A DNA stretch of 64,000 nucleotides from contig CAVOWH010000001.1 in assembly GCA_963700055.1 (NCBI GenBank), positions 68,734 to 132,733 of the forward strand, in the 5' to 3' direction. Position numbers and translations under genes: made by a program. Positions 10,473-18,744 of the stretch are shown here, piece after piece. This stretch comes from an uncultured delta proteobacterium (GTDB taxonomy: Bacteria > Desulfobacterota > Desulfobacteria > Desulfobacterales > SpSt-501). The notes below the pieces were generated by a model that was not told the origin of the DNA, did no database searches, and saw only the letters and a program-made list of their open reading frames with translations. Each line of letters begins with the position of its first letter. Within the stretch, counting starts at the first letter, position 1.

Positions 10473-13211
10473 ATGACACAACTTCCGTTTGATACCGCCT
10501 CCGGCTTCGGCGGCACACTCGCCTGCGGGTTGATGCCGAGTGGGCGCATCGACATCCGCCCCGGATCGCCAGACGAGGGTCCGGCTATGCCTGCTGCTGC
10601 GCAACAACGGATTTTCGACGCCTTCGGAGCCGGCCGCGGGAAAGGAGTGCTCCACCTGGGTGCGGCGGAGCCGGGCACCGACCTTCCCCCCGCACTGTCT
10701 TACTGGCGCGACATCGGAAAAACTTTTGTGGCCAGGGTATGCGGCGCGCTCGACCCGACCGCTCCGAAGTCTCTGGTCATTCCCGCACCGGATCCCGACG
10801 ATATCGAGGCTTTTGTTGAGACCGTGCCTCCCATGCAGGGCGCCGAGCTGATCACGCCTGCGCTGCTCGAAGAGCTGTGGGTTGACATCGGCAAGGCCCT
10901 GGCCGGCGCGGCGGCGAGGCACCCGGATGGGGTCCCGGGCTATCTGAAAGAGCAAAACTCGGTCTGGAACGTGGTGGGCCGCGTCTGCTTTCATCTCGCT
11001 GAGAACAAGCGCGACCCGGAGTACCCCTTCGCCTTCATCGCGACCTACGTTCACAAGGTCTCCCGGCAGGCCAAGCCCCAGCACCTGCCGCTCGGCCGGG
11101 CGCTCAAGGAGTATGCCGGGGCCAGGAACCGTCAGAAACTGCTCGCGCTGCTCTCCCCCTTGTCGCGCGCCGCTGAGACGAGCGCGTTCATCCGCAGCCT
11201 GGTCGACTCCGGCGACATCTACCACCCCCTGTCGTGGACGCCCAAGGAGGCCCACCGCTTTCTCTGCGAAATCGCGCTGTATGAGCAGGCCGGCCTGGTG
11301 GTACGGATGCCGGACTGGTGGAGCGCCAGGAACAGGCCCCGTCCCAGGGTCTTGGTGACGGTGGGCGGCAAGACGCCCTCCAAGCTGGGCATGGAGGCGC
11401 TGCTGGACTTCGACGTCAGGCTGACCGTCGACGGCGCGGCCCTGTCGCCCAAGGAAATCAACGAGCTGCTCGCCGCCGGCGAGGGTCTGGTGCTGCTCAA
11501 GGGCAAGTGGATGGAGGTGGACCGCGAAAAGCTCTCCGCGGTCCTTAATCAGTGGCGCCAGGTTCAGAAGCAGGCCCGGGCGGGCGGGGTCAGCTTCGGC
11601 GAGGCCATGCGCATGCTGGCCGGCGCGCAGCTCGATGGCGGCGAGGCGGACGGTAACGGAGACGCCCGGCCGGAGTGGTCGGACGTGATCGCCGGCAAAT
11701 GGTTTTCTGCTCGGCTCGATGATCTGCGCTCTCCCCAGGTGCGGTCCGAGATCGATGCGAATGCCGGGCTCAAGGCCGAACTGCGCCCCTACCAGAAGCT
11801 GGGGGCGCAGTGGCTCTGGACCCTGCGCGGGCTTGAGCTCGGCGGCTGCCTGGCCGACGACATGGGTCTGGGCAAGACCGTTCAGGTGCTGGCGGTTCTC
11901 TGCCTGAGCCTGCGCAACCAGGAGAAGGGGACTGATCTGCTGGTGGTGCCGGCATCCATCATCGACAACTGGCGTCTGGAGATCGAGCGATTCGCGCCGG
12001 AGCTGAAGGTGCTCATCGCCCATCCGTCGCGCATCCCATCAGCGCAGTTGAAACAGCTGTCCACCAACCATGTCGATGCGCAGGATGCGGTGATCACCAC
12101 CTACGGGACCCTCATGCGCACCGATTGGATCAAAGCGCATCCCTGGCGGAACGTGATCCTGGACGAGGCCCAGGCCATCAAGAACCCCGGCGCCCGACAG
12201 ACCCGGGCGGTCAAGGCACTGGAATCGAAATGGCGTCTGGCCCTGACGGGCACGCCGGTGGAGAACCGGCTCGGCGATCTGTGGTCGATCTTCGACTTTC
12301 TGAATCCCGGGCTTCTCGGTTCGGCCAAGGCCTTCAACGGCTTCTGCAAGTCCATGGCCTTGGGCAAGCTCGGCGGCTACGCCCGGCTGCGCCGGCTGAT
12401 TCAACCCTACCTCCTGCGCCGGCTCAAGACCGACAAGCGCGTCATCGCCGATCTGCCCGACAAGACCGAGGTCAACGCCTACTGCCTGCTGAGCAGGCGC
12501 CAGGCCGCCTTGTACCAGCAGTCGGTCGACGAGATGAAGAAGGCCATCGCAGAGCTGGAGGGCATCGAGCGGCGCGGCGTGGTGCTTGCCTTTTTGATGC
12601 GGTTCAAGCAGATCTGTAACCATCCGTCCCAGTGGCTGGGGGATGGGAGCTACGAACCCGCGGACAGCGGCAAGCTGTCACGCTTGCGCGAGCTCTGCGA
12701 GTCGATTGCCGCGCGCCAGGACAAGCTGCTGGTGTTCTCCCAGTTCCGTGAAATGACCGCGCCGCTGGCCGGTTTCCTGGCCGGCGTATTCGGCCGCAGC
12801 GGACTCGTGCTTCACGGCGGCACACCGGTCAAGAAGCGCCAGGAGCTGGTCGAGAGCTTCCAGAGCAATGATCGCGTGCCGTTTATGGTGCTCTCGCTCA
12901 AGGCCGGCGGCACAGGTCTCAACCTGACCGCGGCCTCGCACGTGATCCACTTCGACCGTTGGTGGAACCCGGCGGTCGAGAACCAGGCCACGGACCGCGC
13001 CTATCGCATCGGCCAGAAGAAGAACGTGCTCGTCCACAAGTTTGTTTGCCGGGGCACGGTGGAGGAACGCATCGACGAGCTGATCGCCGGCAAGCAGAAG
13101 CTGGCGGGCGAGATCCTGGCGGCGGGCGCGGAGTCGGCCTTGACCGAGATGAGCAACGAAGCGTTGATGGCGATGGTCTCGCTCGACCTGAACAGCGCCC
13201 TCGAAGGATAG
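10473..13211 (+). CDS. SNF2-family ATPase/helicase with long N-terminal SNF2-associated region
   Basis: 912 aa. Walker A LADDMGLGKTVQ, DEAQAIKN (motif II), helicase-C block LSLKAGGTGLNLTAASHVIHFDRWWNPAVENQATDRAYRIGQ. The N-terminal ~430 aa end in VRMPDWW, as in bacterial YwqA-type SNF2 proteins. Confidence 0.92.
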   Translation: MTQLPFDTASGFGGTLACGLMPSGRIDIRPGSPDEGPAMPAAAQQRIFDAFGAGRGKGVLHLGAAEPGTDLPPALSYWRDIGKTFVARVCGALDPTAPKSLVIPAPDPDDIEAFVETVPPMQGAELITPALLEELWVDIGKALAGAAARHPDGVPGYLKEQNSVWNVVGRVCFHLAENKRDPEYPFAFIATYVHKVSRQAKPQHLPLGRALKEYAGARNRQKLLALLSPLSRAAETSAFIRSLVDSGDIYHPLSWTPKEAHRFLCEIALYEQAGLVVRMPDWWSARNRPRPRVLVTVGGKTPSKLGMEALLDFDVRLTVDGAALSPKEINELLAAGEGLVLLKGKWMEVDREKLSAVLNQWRQVQKQARAGGVSFGEAMRMLAGAQLDGGEADGNGDARPEWSDVIAGKWFSARLDDLRSPQVRSEIDANAGLKAELRPYQKLGAQWLWTLRGLELGGCLADDMGLGKTVQVLAVLCLSLRNQEKGTDLLVVPASIIDNWRLEIERFAPELKVLIAHPSRIPSAQLKQLSTNHVDAQDAVITTYGTLMRTDWIKAHPWRNVILDEAQAIKNPGARQTRAVKALESKWRLALTGTPVENRLGDLWSIFDFLNPGLLGSAKAFNGFCKSMALGKLGGYARLRRLIQPYLLRRLKTDKRVIADLPDKTEVNAYCLLSRRQAALYQQSVDEMKKAIAELEGIERRGVVLAFLMRFKQICNHPSQWLGDGSYEPADSGKLSRLRELCESIAARQDKLLVFSQFREMTAPLAGFLAGVFGRSGLVLHGGTPVKKRQELVESFQSNDRVPFMVLSLKAGGTGLNLTAASHVIHFDRWWNPAVENQATDRAYRIGQKKNVLVHKFVCRGTVEERIDELIAGKQKLAGEILAAGAESALTEMSNEALMAMVSLDLNSALEG

Positions 13212-13245
13212 CGCATAGAAACAACAGACGGAACGAGGTGAAGCG

Positions 13246-14124
13246 ATGAGCTGGTACTCTTACGATGAATGGCGTCCCTATGTTTCGGTGGCCGAACGCC
13301 GCCGCAAGGCCGCGAAAAAGATCGCCAAGATGACCAAGGCCGGCCGGATGATCGCGCCGGTCGAGATCGACGGCCGCAAGATCACGGCGACCTTCTGGGG
13401 CGACGCCTGGTGCCGGAACCTCGAGGCCTACAGCGACTACGCCAATCGCCTTCCCCGCGGACGGACCTACGTGCGCAACGGCTCGGTTATCGATTTGCAG
13501 ATCGAAGCCGGCCGCGTGTCCGCACTCGTCAGCGGCTCGGATATTTACAGGGTGGAGATTGAAATCAAGCCGCTCGCCAAACCGCGTTGGACAGATATCA
13601 AACGCCAGTGCGCGGGCCAGATCGACTCGCTGGTGGAGCTGCTGAAGGGTTCCATCTCCAAGGGGGTGATGGAGATCGTGACCCGCAAGGGCGAGGGGCT
13701 GTTCCCCGCTCCCAAGGAGATCGCGCTGAGCTGCTCGTGCCCCGACTGGGCGAGCATGTGCAAGCATGTGGCGGCCGTGCTCTACGGGGTGGGTGCGCGC
13801 CTGGACCACGCGCCCGAGATGCTCTTCACCCTGCGGGGAGTCGATCCGGCCGAGATGGTGGAAGCCGCCGTCGAGCAGCCTGCAAAGGCGAAGGCCGGCA
13901 AGCCCCGCAAGGGCCGAACCCTCGCTTCGGCGGACCTCTCGGCGGTCTTCGGTGTCGACATCGACATGGAAAGTGTATCCGGGGGAGGCGATGCGCCTCC
14001 GGCCCGGCGCAGAAAGACAGCAGTGCGGATCGCGGAGGTGAGCAAGAAGACCAAGGAGCGCTCTCCAGGCGCCCGGAAAACAGGATCTCGCGCCAAGCCA
14101 GGCAAGAAAACAGCGGCGAAGTAG
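13246..14124 (+). CDS. SWIM zinc-finger protein
   Basis: 292 aa with a CxC-x(n)-CxH SWIM signature (CSCPDWASMCKHVAAVLYG), an N-terminal WGDAWCRNLE...RGRTYVRNG pattern, and a basic K/R-rich C-terminal tail. Starts 34 bp after the SNF2 stop. Confidence 0.9.
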   Translation: MSWYSYDEWRPYVSVAERRRKAAKKIAKMTKAGRMIAPVEIDGRKITATFWGDAWCRNLEAYSDYANRLPRGRTYVRNGSVIDLQIEAGRVSALVSGSDIYRVEIEIKPLAKPRWTDIKRQCAGQIDSLVELLKGSISKGVMEIVTRKGEGLFPAPKEIALSCSCPDWASMCKHVAAVLYGVGARLDHAPEMLFTLRGVDPAEMVEAAVEQPAKAKAGKPRKGRTLASADLSAVFGVDIDMESVSGGGDAPPARRRKTAVRIAEVSKKTKERSPGARKTGSRAKPGKKTAAK

Positions 14125-14205
14125 AAGTTTTTTCTGTTCAAAGAGAGGACATTATGAGCTTACGCAGCCCCGGAGGGAACAAGGAATAACGATCTAAGAG
14201 GTACC

Positions 14206-15405
14206 ATGAGCCCCAGAACGCGAAAACAGGCAGACCCGCTCGCGCAGGCCATCGAAACGGCCCTGTCTCCCGGAAGGTTCATCTCCTACAATGCCGCCCG
14301 GTCGTTCCTGCACAACGTTCAGGATGCTGCGAACGACATTGAGAAGATCATCAAGAAAGAGCCGCAAAGAGCAACGCATCTGTTTGAGACATTCATTGCC
14401 GCCAGCCACGAAAAAGCCGATGAGATCGACGATTCGAGCGGCAACTTCGGTATGCTGGTTGCTGATCTGTTTCGTGGTTGGATTAAAGCCCGCCAGGACG
14501 CGAACGATGACCCGGACGAGACCGCCAAGTCGCTGGCTTCCTGGATGGAGGACGATCCCTATGGATTCTGTCATGACCTCGACCGTGAGGTCGTCGATGT
14601 GCTCAACAAGAAGGGGTTGGAGGCATTCGTTCGCCAAGTTCGCTTCCGGTTCGAATCCGCTCAGGCCCTTGATAGCGAGGAGAAGCGCTTTCCAGGATAC
14701 GCACGCCGGAAATGGGGCGGTGCGCTGAAAACCCTGCTCGCCGGCCAGCGCGACGTTGAGGCCTACATCGCGCTTTGCGAGCAGACCGAGCTCGAGGCCA
14801 AGGATTGCAGGGCCATCGCAGCAATATACCGAAGCCGGAGACGCCCCGAAGATGCGCTTTCTTGGGTCGAGCGAGGCTTGGAGATTGTGCGGTCGGATAG
14901 CCGAAAATCCTATGAGGAATTCGAGCTGCGGGAGTTGAAGCGAGCGCTGCTGGCCAAGCTCAGCCGCCCGGGGGATGCGCTCCAATCAGCTTGGACCGAG
15001 TTTGAGTCATACCCCTCCACGTTCACCTACAAGGAGTTGATGCGCTACGTGCCGGCTCAAGAGAAAATGGCCTGGCATCAAAAGGCCATGGAGGCATCAG
15101 AGAAGGGCGATCTGCCCTCTCAGATTGAACTCTGGCTCGAGAAAAAGGTAAACGACCGGCTGGTATCGCGCCTGCGCAGGGCGATGGATGAGGAGCTGGA
15201 AGATCTCAGCCACTATTGGGCCGAGCCGCTGGCACACAGGTTGGAGCGCTCTCATCCTGATATTTCAGCCATGCCGAGCCGCCCTTTCTGGAACGGGCCA
15301 AGGCGCGTTGGCCAAGGAGACCGGCGGGCAGGTGAGGGGACCGGCCGGCGGGACCACCTTCTGAATGAATTACTGCGGCATCAAGCCGTGGCCGCGTTAC
15401 GATGA
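14206..15405 (+). CDS. Hypothetical alpha-helical protein, paralog B of the 9135..10382 product
   Basis: 399-aa ORF preceded by AAGAGG 6 nt upstream. Shares an N-terminal block with paralog A. The last ~50 aa are Arg/Gly-rich and look non-native (possible 3-prime frameshift). Confidence 0.7.
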   Translation: MSPRTRKQADPLAQAIETALSPGRFISYNAARSFLHNVQDAANDIEKIIKKEPQRATHLFETFIAASHEKADEIDDSSGNFGMLVADLFRGWIKARQDANDDPDETAKSLASWMEDDPYGFCHDLDREVVDVLNKKGLEAFVRQVRFRFESAQALDSEEKRFPGYARRKWGGALKTLLAGQRDVEAYIALCEQTELEAKDCRAIAAIYRSRRRPEDALSWVERGLEIVRSDSRKSYEEFELRELKRALLAKLSRPGDALQSAWTEFESYPSTFTYKELMRYVPAQEKMAWHQKAMEASEKGDLPSQIELWLEKKVNDRLVSRLRRAMDEELEDLSHYWAEPLAHRLERSHPDISAMPSRPFWNGPRRVGQGDRRAGEGTGRRDHLLNELLRHQAVAALR

Positions 15406-15593
15406 CAAGCTGTGACATCGAGTGTCGGATAAGGAATCAGCCGGTTTTTCGGGGATCTGTGGGGTGGTTGTATTTAATCCAATAATAAATTAACCCTTTG
15501 AGAGCATAGACCAAAAATGCCGTTTAAATGAAACAGGTTAGAAACTAATGAAAGCATACCCGTCCCCCCGTGTCCCGATTGAAGGCGATCGGG

Positions 15594-16823
15594 TCAGAAG
15601 CGGCCTCTCACAGGCCGCAGAGAGAGCAGCAGCGCCCCGGAGACGAGTGCCAGGGCGGTCAGAATGCGGAAAGTCGACTGATAGCTGCCGCTGAGATCGA
15701 ACAGATGGCCGGCCAGCAGCGGGCCCAAGGCACCGCCGGTGGTCCCGAAACAAGCCACGATACCGAAAAGAGTGCCATGGGAGTGGATGCCGAACCATTC
15801 GGCCACCAGAGGAGAGATGGCGGTGAAGAACCCGCCGTGGGCCAAGCCGTAGACGGCGCCAAAGAGATAAAGCATCCAAAGCCGATCGGCGAACTGCAGC
15901 CACGCGAGATCGGCCAGCAGCAACAGATAACAGACGCCCATCACCGTTTTGCTGCCGCGATGGTCGATGACCAGACCGCTGGCGAAACGCCCCAGCATGC
16001 TCACGGCTCCGATGGTGGAGAGGACGCCGGCTGCCTGGACGGCAGGGATGCCGGTATCGCGGGTGTGGGGAACGATATGCAGCATGATGACCATCAGGCA
16101 GGACACGAGAAAAAAATTGACGAAGCAGATGGTCCAGAACTCGACGGTCCTGAAGACGTCGGACAGGGAAAGGCCGGGGATCGTTGGCGGAACGGCGGGA
16201 TTGCGGTGGCCGGCCACCGGTTTGCAGTGTGAGCCTAGCGCGCTCGGGTCGCGCCGCAGGAATTGGGCGATGATCACCAGAAGGACCGCAACGACGGCCC
16301 CGATGAGAACAATCGTCCACCGCCATCCATAAATCAGGATGAGAGCGCTGGCAGCGAGCGGCATGGCGAACTGGCCGGCACCGGTGCCCATCTTGACGAT
16401 TCCGGTCATGAAGCCCCGACGGTGAGAAAACCAGCGGGCCACGGTGGTCAAGGCGATAACGTCTATAGCGCCGAGCCCCATGCCGAAGATGACGCCGTAA
16501 TAGAGGTAGAGTTCCCAGAGGGTGGTGAGCCGTCCCATCAAGACATAGCCAAGCCCCAACACCAGCGCCGCGACCGTCATGAGCCGGCGCGGCCCGAAGC
16601 TGTCGTTCAACCGACCGATCACCACGCCGAAAACCCCCATGCTGAAAAAGGCCGTTGACGCCGCTCCGGCGGTGGCGGCCCGGGACCAGCCGAACTCGTC
16701 TATCAGCGGGTTGAAGAAGACGCCGAAGGAAATATAGGCTCCCACCCCGAGGGCTTGGATGCTGAAACAAATGGCCGTGATGAGCTGGGCATAGGAAAAT
16801 TGCCGGAAAGCTTGAATCGCCAT
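15594..16823 (-). CDS. MFS transporter (oxalate/formate-antiporter-like)
   Basis: 12-TM pattern. Start set at ATG 16823 (MAIQAFRQFSYAQL...) with GGAGAC upstream; the track ORF extension to 16877 is Arg-rich and unlikely. Confidence 0.88.
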   Translation of the reverse strand: MAIQAFRQFSYAQLITAICFSIQALGVGAYISFGVFFNPLIDEFGWSRAATAGAASTAFFSMGVFGVVIGRLNDSFGPRRLMTVAALVLGLGYVLMGRLTTLWELYLYYGVIFGMGLGAIDVIALTTVARWFSHRRGFMTGIVKMGTGAGQFAMPLAASALILIYGWRWTIVLIGAVVAVLLVIIAQFLRRDPSALGSHCKPVAGHRNPAVPPTIPGLSLSDVFRTVEFWTICFVNFFLVSCLMVIMLHIVPHTRDTGIPAVQAAGVLSTIGAVSMLGRFASGLVIDHRGSKTVMGVCYLLLLADLAWLQFADRLWMLYLFGAVYGLAHGGFFTAISPLVAEWFGIHSHGTLFGIVACFGTTGGALGPLLAGHLFDLSGSYQSTFRILTALALVSGALLLSLRPVRGRF

Positions 16824-16911
16824 GGTCTCCCTTCGTCGTCGATGTCGCCCGCAAACGGGGTGGTCATCTCGCTTCAATCCGTTCCGTCGAGGTGCGGCTG
16901 CAACGCCGGAA

Positions 16912-17698
16912 GAGCGGCGGAAGAGCGGGACGTTGTTGCTTTGTTGACTTTTTTGACTTTAACAATCATTAAATTGCTCAGTTGGTTGTCGCCGATTCCG
17001 CATCATTGTGTGGCGCATGAACTTTCTGCCGAAATCTGAATCGGCAGTGTTGAAATGAGGTGCTGCTTCGCCGATGGAGATCGGCCCGGAAGCATCAGGA
17101 AAGATGCCCGCTACCCATTGGCCTTGAATCCGAGACCGCCTGAGCCGCCCATCTTAGCCAGGAAATCTCGGAGATTCGCCACGCAAACACCCTTTGCGAC
17201 CGGGTAGGATTCCTGGACCGGGGCGATGATCCAGGCTTCCTTGATCCTGAGGTTCTTCAGGGCATTCCAGAAACCTTTCCGACCTCCGGCGCCGAAGACG
17301 CTTTGAGCGGCGGAAGAGCGGGACGTTGTTGCTTTGTTGACTTTTTTGACTTTAACAATCATTAAATTGCTCAGTTGGTTGTCGCCGATTCCGCATCATT
17401 GTGTGGCGCATGAACTTTCTGCCGAAATCTGAATCGGCAGTGATGAAATGAGGTGCTGCTTCGCCGATGGAGATCGGCCTGGAAGCATCAGGAAAGATGC
17501 CCGCTACCCATCGGCCTTGAATCCGAGACCGCCTGAGCCGCCCATCTTAGCCAGGAAATCTCGGAGATTCGCCACGCAAACACCCTTTGCGACCGGGTAG
17601 GATTCCTGGACCGGGGCGATGATCCAGGCTTCCTTGATCCTCAGGTTCTTCAGGGCATTCCAGAAACCTTTCCGACCTCCGGCGCCGAAGACGCTTTG
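16912..17698. repeat. Tandem direct duplication, 2 x 393 bp, about 99% identical
   Basis: Hand alignment: 16912..17304 matches 17305..17697 with 4 mismatches (17050/17443, 17087/17480, 17119/17512, 17249/17642). Each unit is about 199 bp of intergenic DNA plus the last ~194 bp of the DUF4143-type gene. Confidence 0.92.
17111..17304 (-). pseudogene. Duplicated 3-prime fragment of the DUF4143-type ATPase gene (copy 1 of the tandem repeat)
   Basis: Encodes ...SVFGAGGRKGFWNALKNLRIKEAWIIAPVQESYPVAKGVCVANLRDFLAKMGGSGGLGFKANG, near-identical to 17504..17697. No upstream gene body. Confidence 0.7.
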
Positions 17699-17996
17699 CA
17701 TTCCACCGCGATCCGCTTTCTGCCTTTCGTCAACACGAGGTCGATCTCTGCACCGGCGGCAGTCTTGAAAAAAGACGGAGTCCAGCGGTCGAGCTCCGAG
17801 ATAATGTTCTCGATGACGAACCCCTCCCAGGAAACGCTATAGGCCGGGTGCCCCCAGAGAGAGCTCCTCCCGGCCCTCAATCTTCAGCAGGGCGTGCAGA
17901 ATCCCGCTGTCCCGGACATAGAACGGCGACCGCCGGCAAGTCGCGCAGCAGGTCGCGGATGCGGGCATGGAGCTTGCGTTCGTTGTATCCTTGCAT
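17504..17996 (-). pseudogene. Decayed AAA+ ATPase (COG1373 / DUF4143-type) gene remnant
   Basis: Pieces in three frames. An N-terminal IRDLLRDLPAVAVL is joined directly to FYVRDSGILHALLKIEGREEL, so the Walker-A/ATPase core is deleted. HPAYSVSWEGFVIENIISEL...AGAEIDLVLTKGRKRIAVECKASSAPEV follows, and GFWNALKNLRIKEAWIIAPVQESYP is shifted again (1-nt loss near 17665). Confidence 0.7.
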
Positions 17997-18022
17997 ATTG
18001 AAACTGTAACTTTCAATCTGCA

Positions 18023-18250
18023 TTAGAACATCTTTAACTGCTCGCCATTTGGGGTGACTACCGGGAACTTTCTGACGATCGAGAGGCTATCCTCCGCTTC
18101 CGCGGATAGACTTGCGCCGTTCAGCATCAGATACAGGTAAGCGAACCCCTCCTTGAAGCCGCGGTTGAAGGCATAGTCGTATTTGTCCGCCTTCCTGCGG
18201 AGAACTTCATTTTCTTGCTCAAGGCCATTATTTCCAATTTCCATGAGCAT
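18023..18250 (-). CDS. Hypothetical small protein (75 aa)
   Basis: ORF only, with lower GC than its surroundings and no recognisable motif. Confidence 0.3.
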   Translation of the reverse strand: MLMEIGNNGLEQENEVLRRKADKYDYAFNRGFKEGFAYLYLMLNGASLSAEAEDSLSIVRKFPVVTPNGEQLKMF

Positions 18251-18307
18251 TGCGTTTTCGAGTATGACAGGGACGCTGGTGAAAAGTTGACGTAATTTCT
18301 CTGCTCA

Positions 18308-18736
18308 TTAGTGGTCGAGCAGCATGTATGTGACCTGGGCCACGGCCACCTGCTGGCCCTTTTCGTCGAACAGGTCGACGGCCACCGGGCAGAGCGTGCG
18401 GCCGAACTTGATCACCTGCGCCTTGGCGGTCACGTCGGTCAGGCAGGCGGCGAGGAAGCGGATGTTCATATCGGTGGTGGTCAGGCGGGTGTCCGGGCCG
18501 GTGCGGGTCAGGATCGCAAAGCACGCCGTGCTGTCGGCGATGGTCATCAGCAGGCCGCCGTGGAACGATTCGAACACGCCGTCATACTTCAGGCTGCGCG
18601 GCGCCCTGGATTCGCAGGCGCCGTCGCTGAAGCGTACGATCTCAAGGCCCAGGGTGGCGACAATGGGGATGCGCTTGATCCTTGCCAGAAGGGCGCTTTG
18701 CAGTTCATGATCTTTGGGATTCATCCGATGCGCCAC
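18308..18736 (-). CDS. PaaI-family (hotdog-fold) thioesterase
   Basis: 142 aa with the pattern GVFESFHGGLLMTIADSTACFA typical of PaaI/4HBT class II thioesterases. Confidence 0.85.
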   Translation of the reverse strand: MAHRMNPKDHELQSALLARIKRIPIVATLGLEIVRFSDGACESRAPRSLKYDGVFESFHGGLLMTIADSTACFAILTRTGPDTRLTTTDMNIRFLAACLTDVTAKAQVIKFGRTLCPVAVDLFDEKGQQVAVAQVTYMLLDH

Positions 18737-18744
18737 GTGAACAC

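Noticed and set aside
10422-12023. 533-aa minus-strand ORF antisense to the SNF2 gene
   Set aside because: It lies fully inside a gene with unambiguous helicase motifs. Its product is Arg/Gly/Pro/Leu-rich with no motif, which is the typical high-GC antisense artefact.
16912-17698. Considered whether the repeat could be a CRISPR array or IS element ends
   Set aside because: There are only two 393-bp units directly abutting, with no spacers, short palindromic repeats, transposase or terminal inverted repeats. It is a simple tandem duplication.
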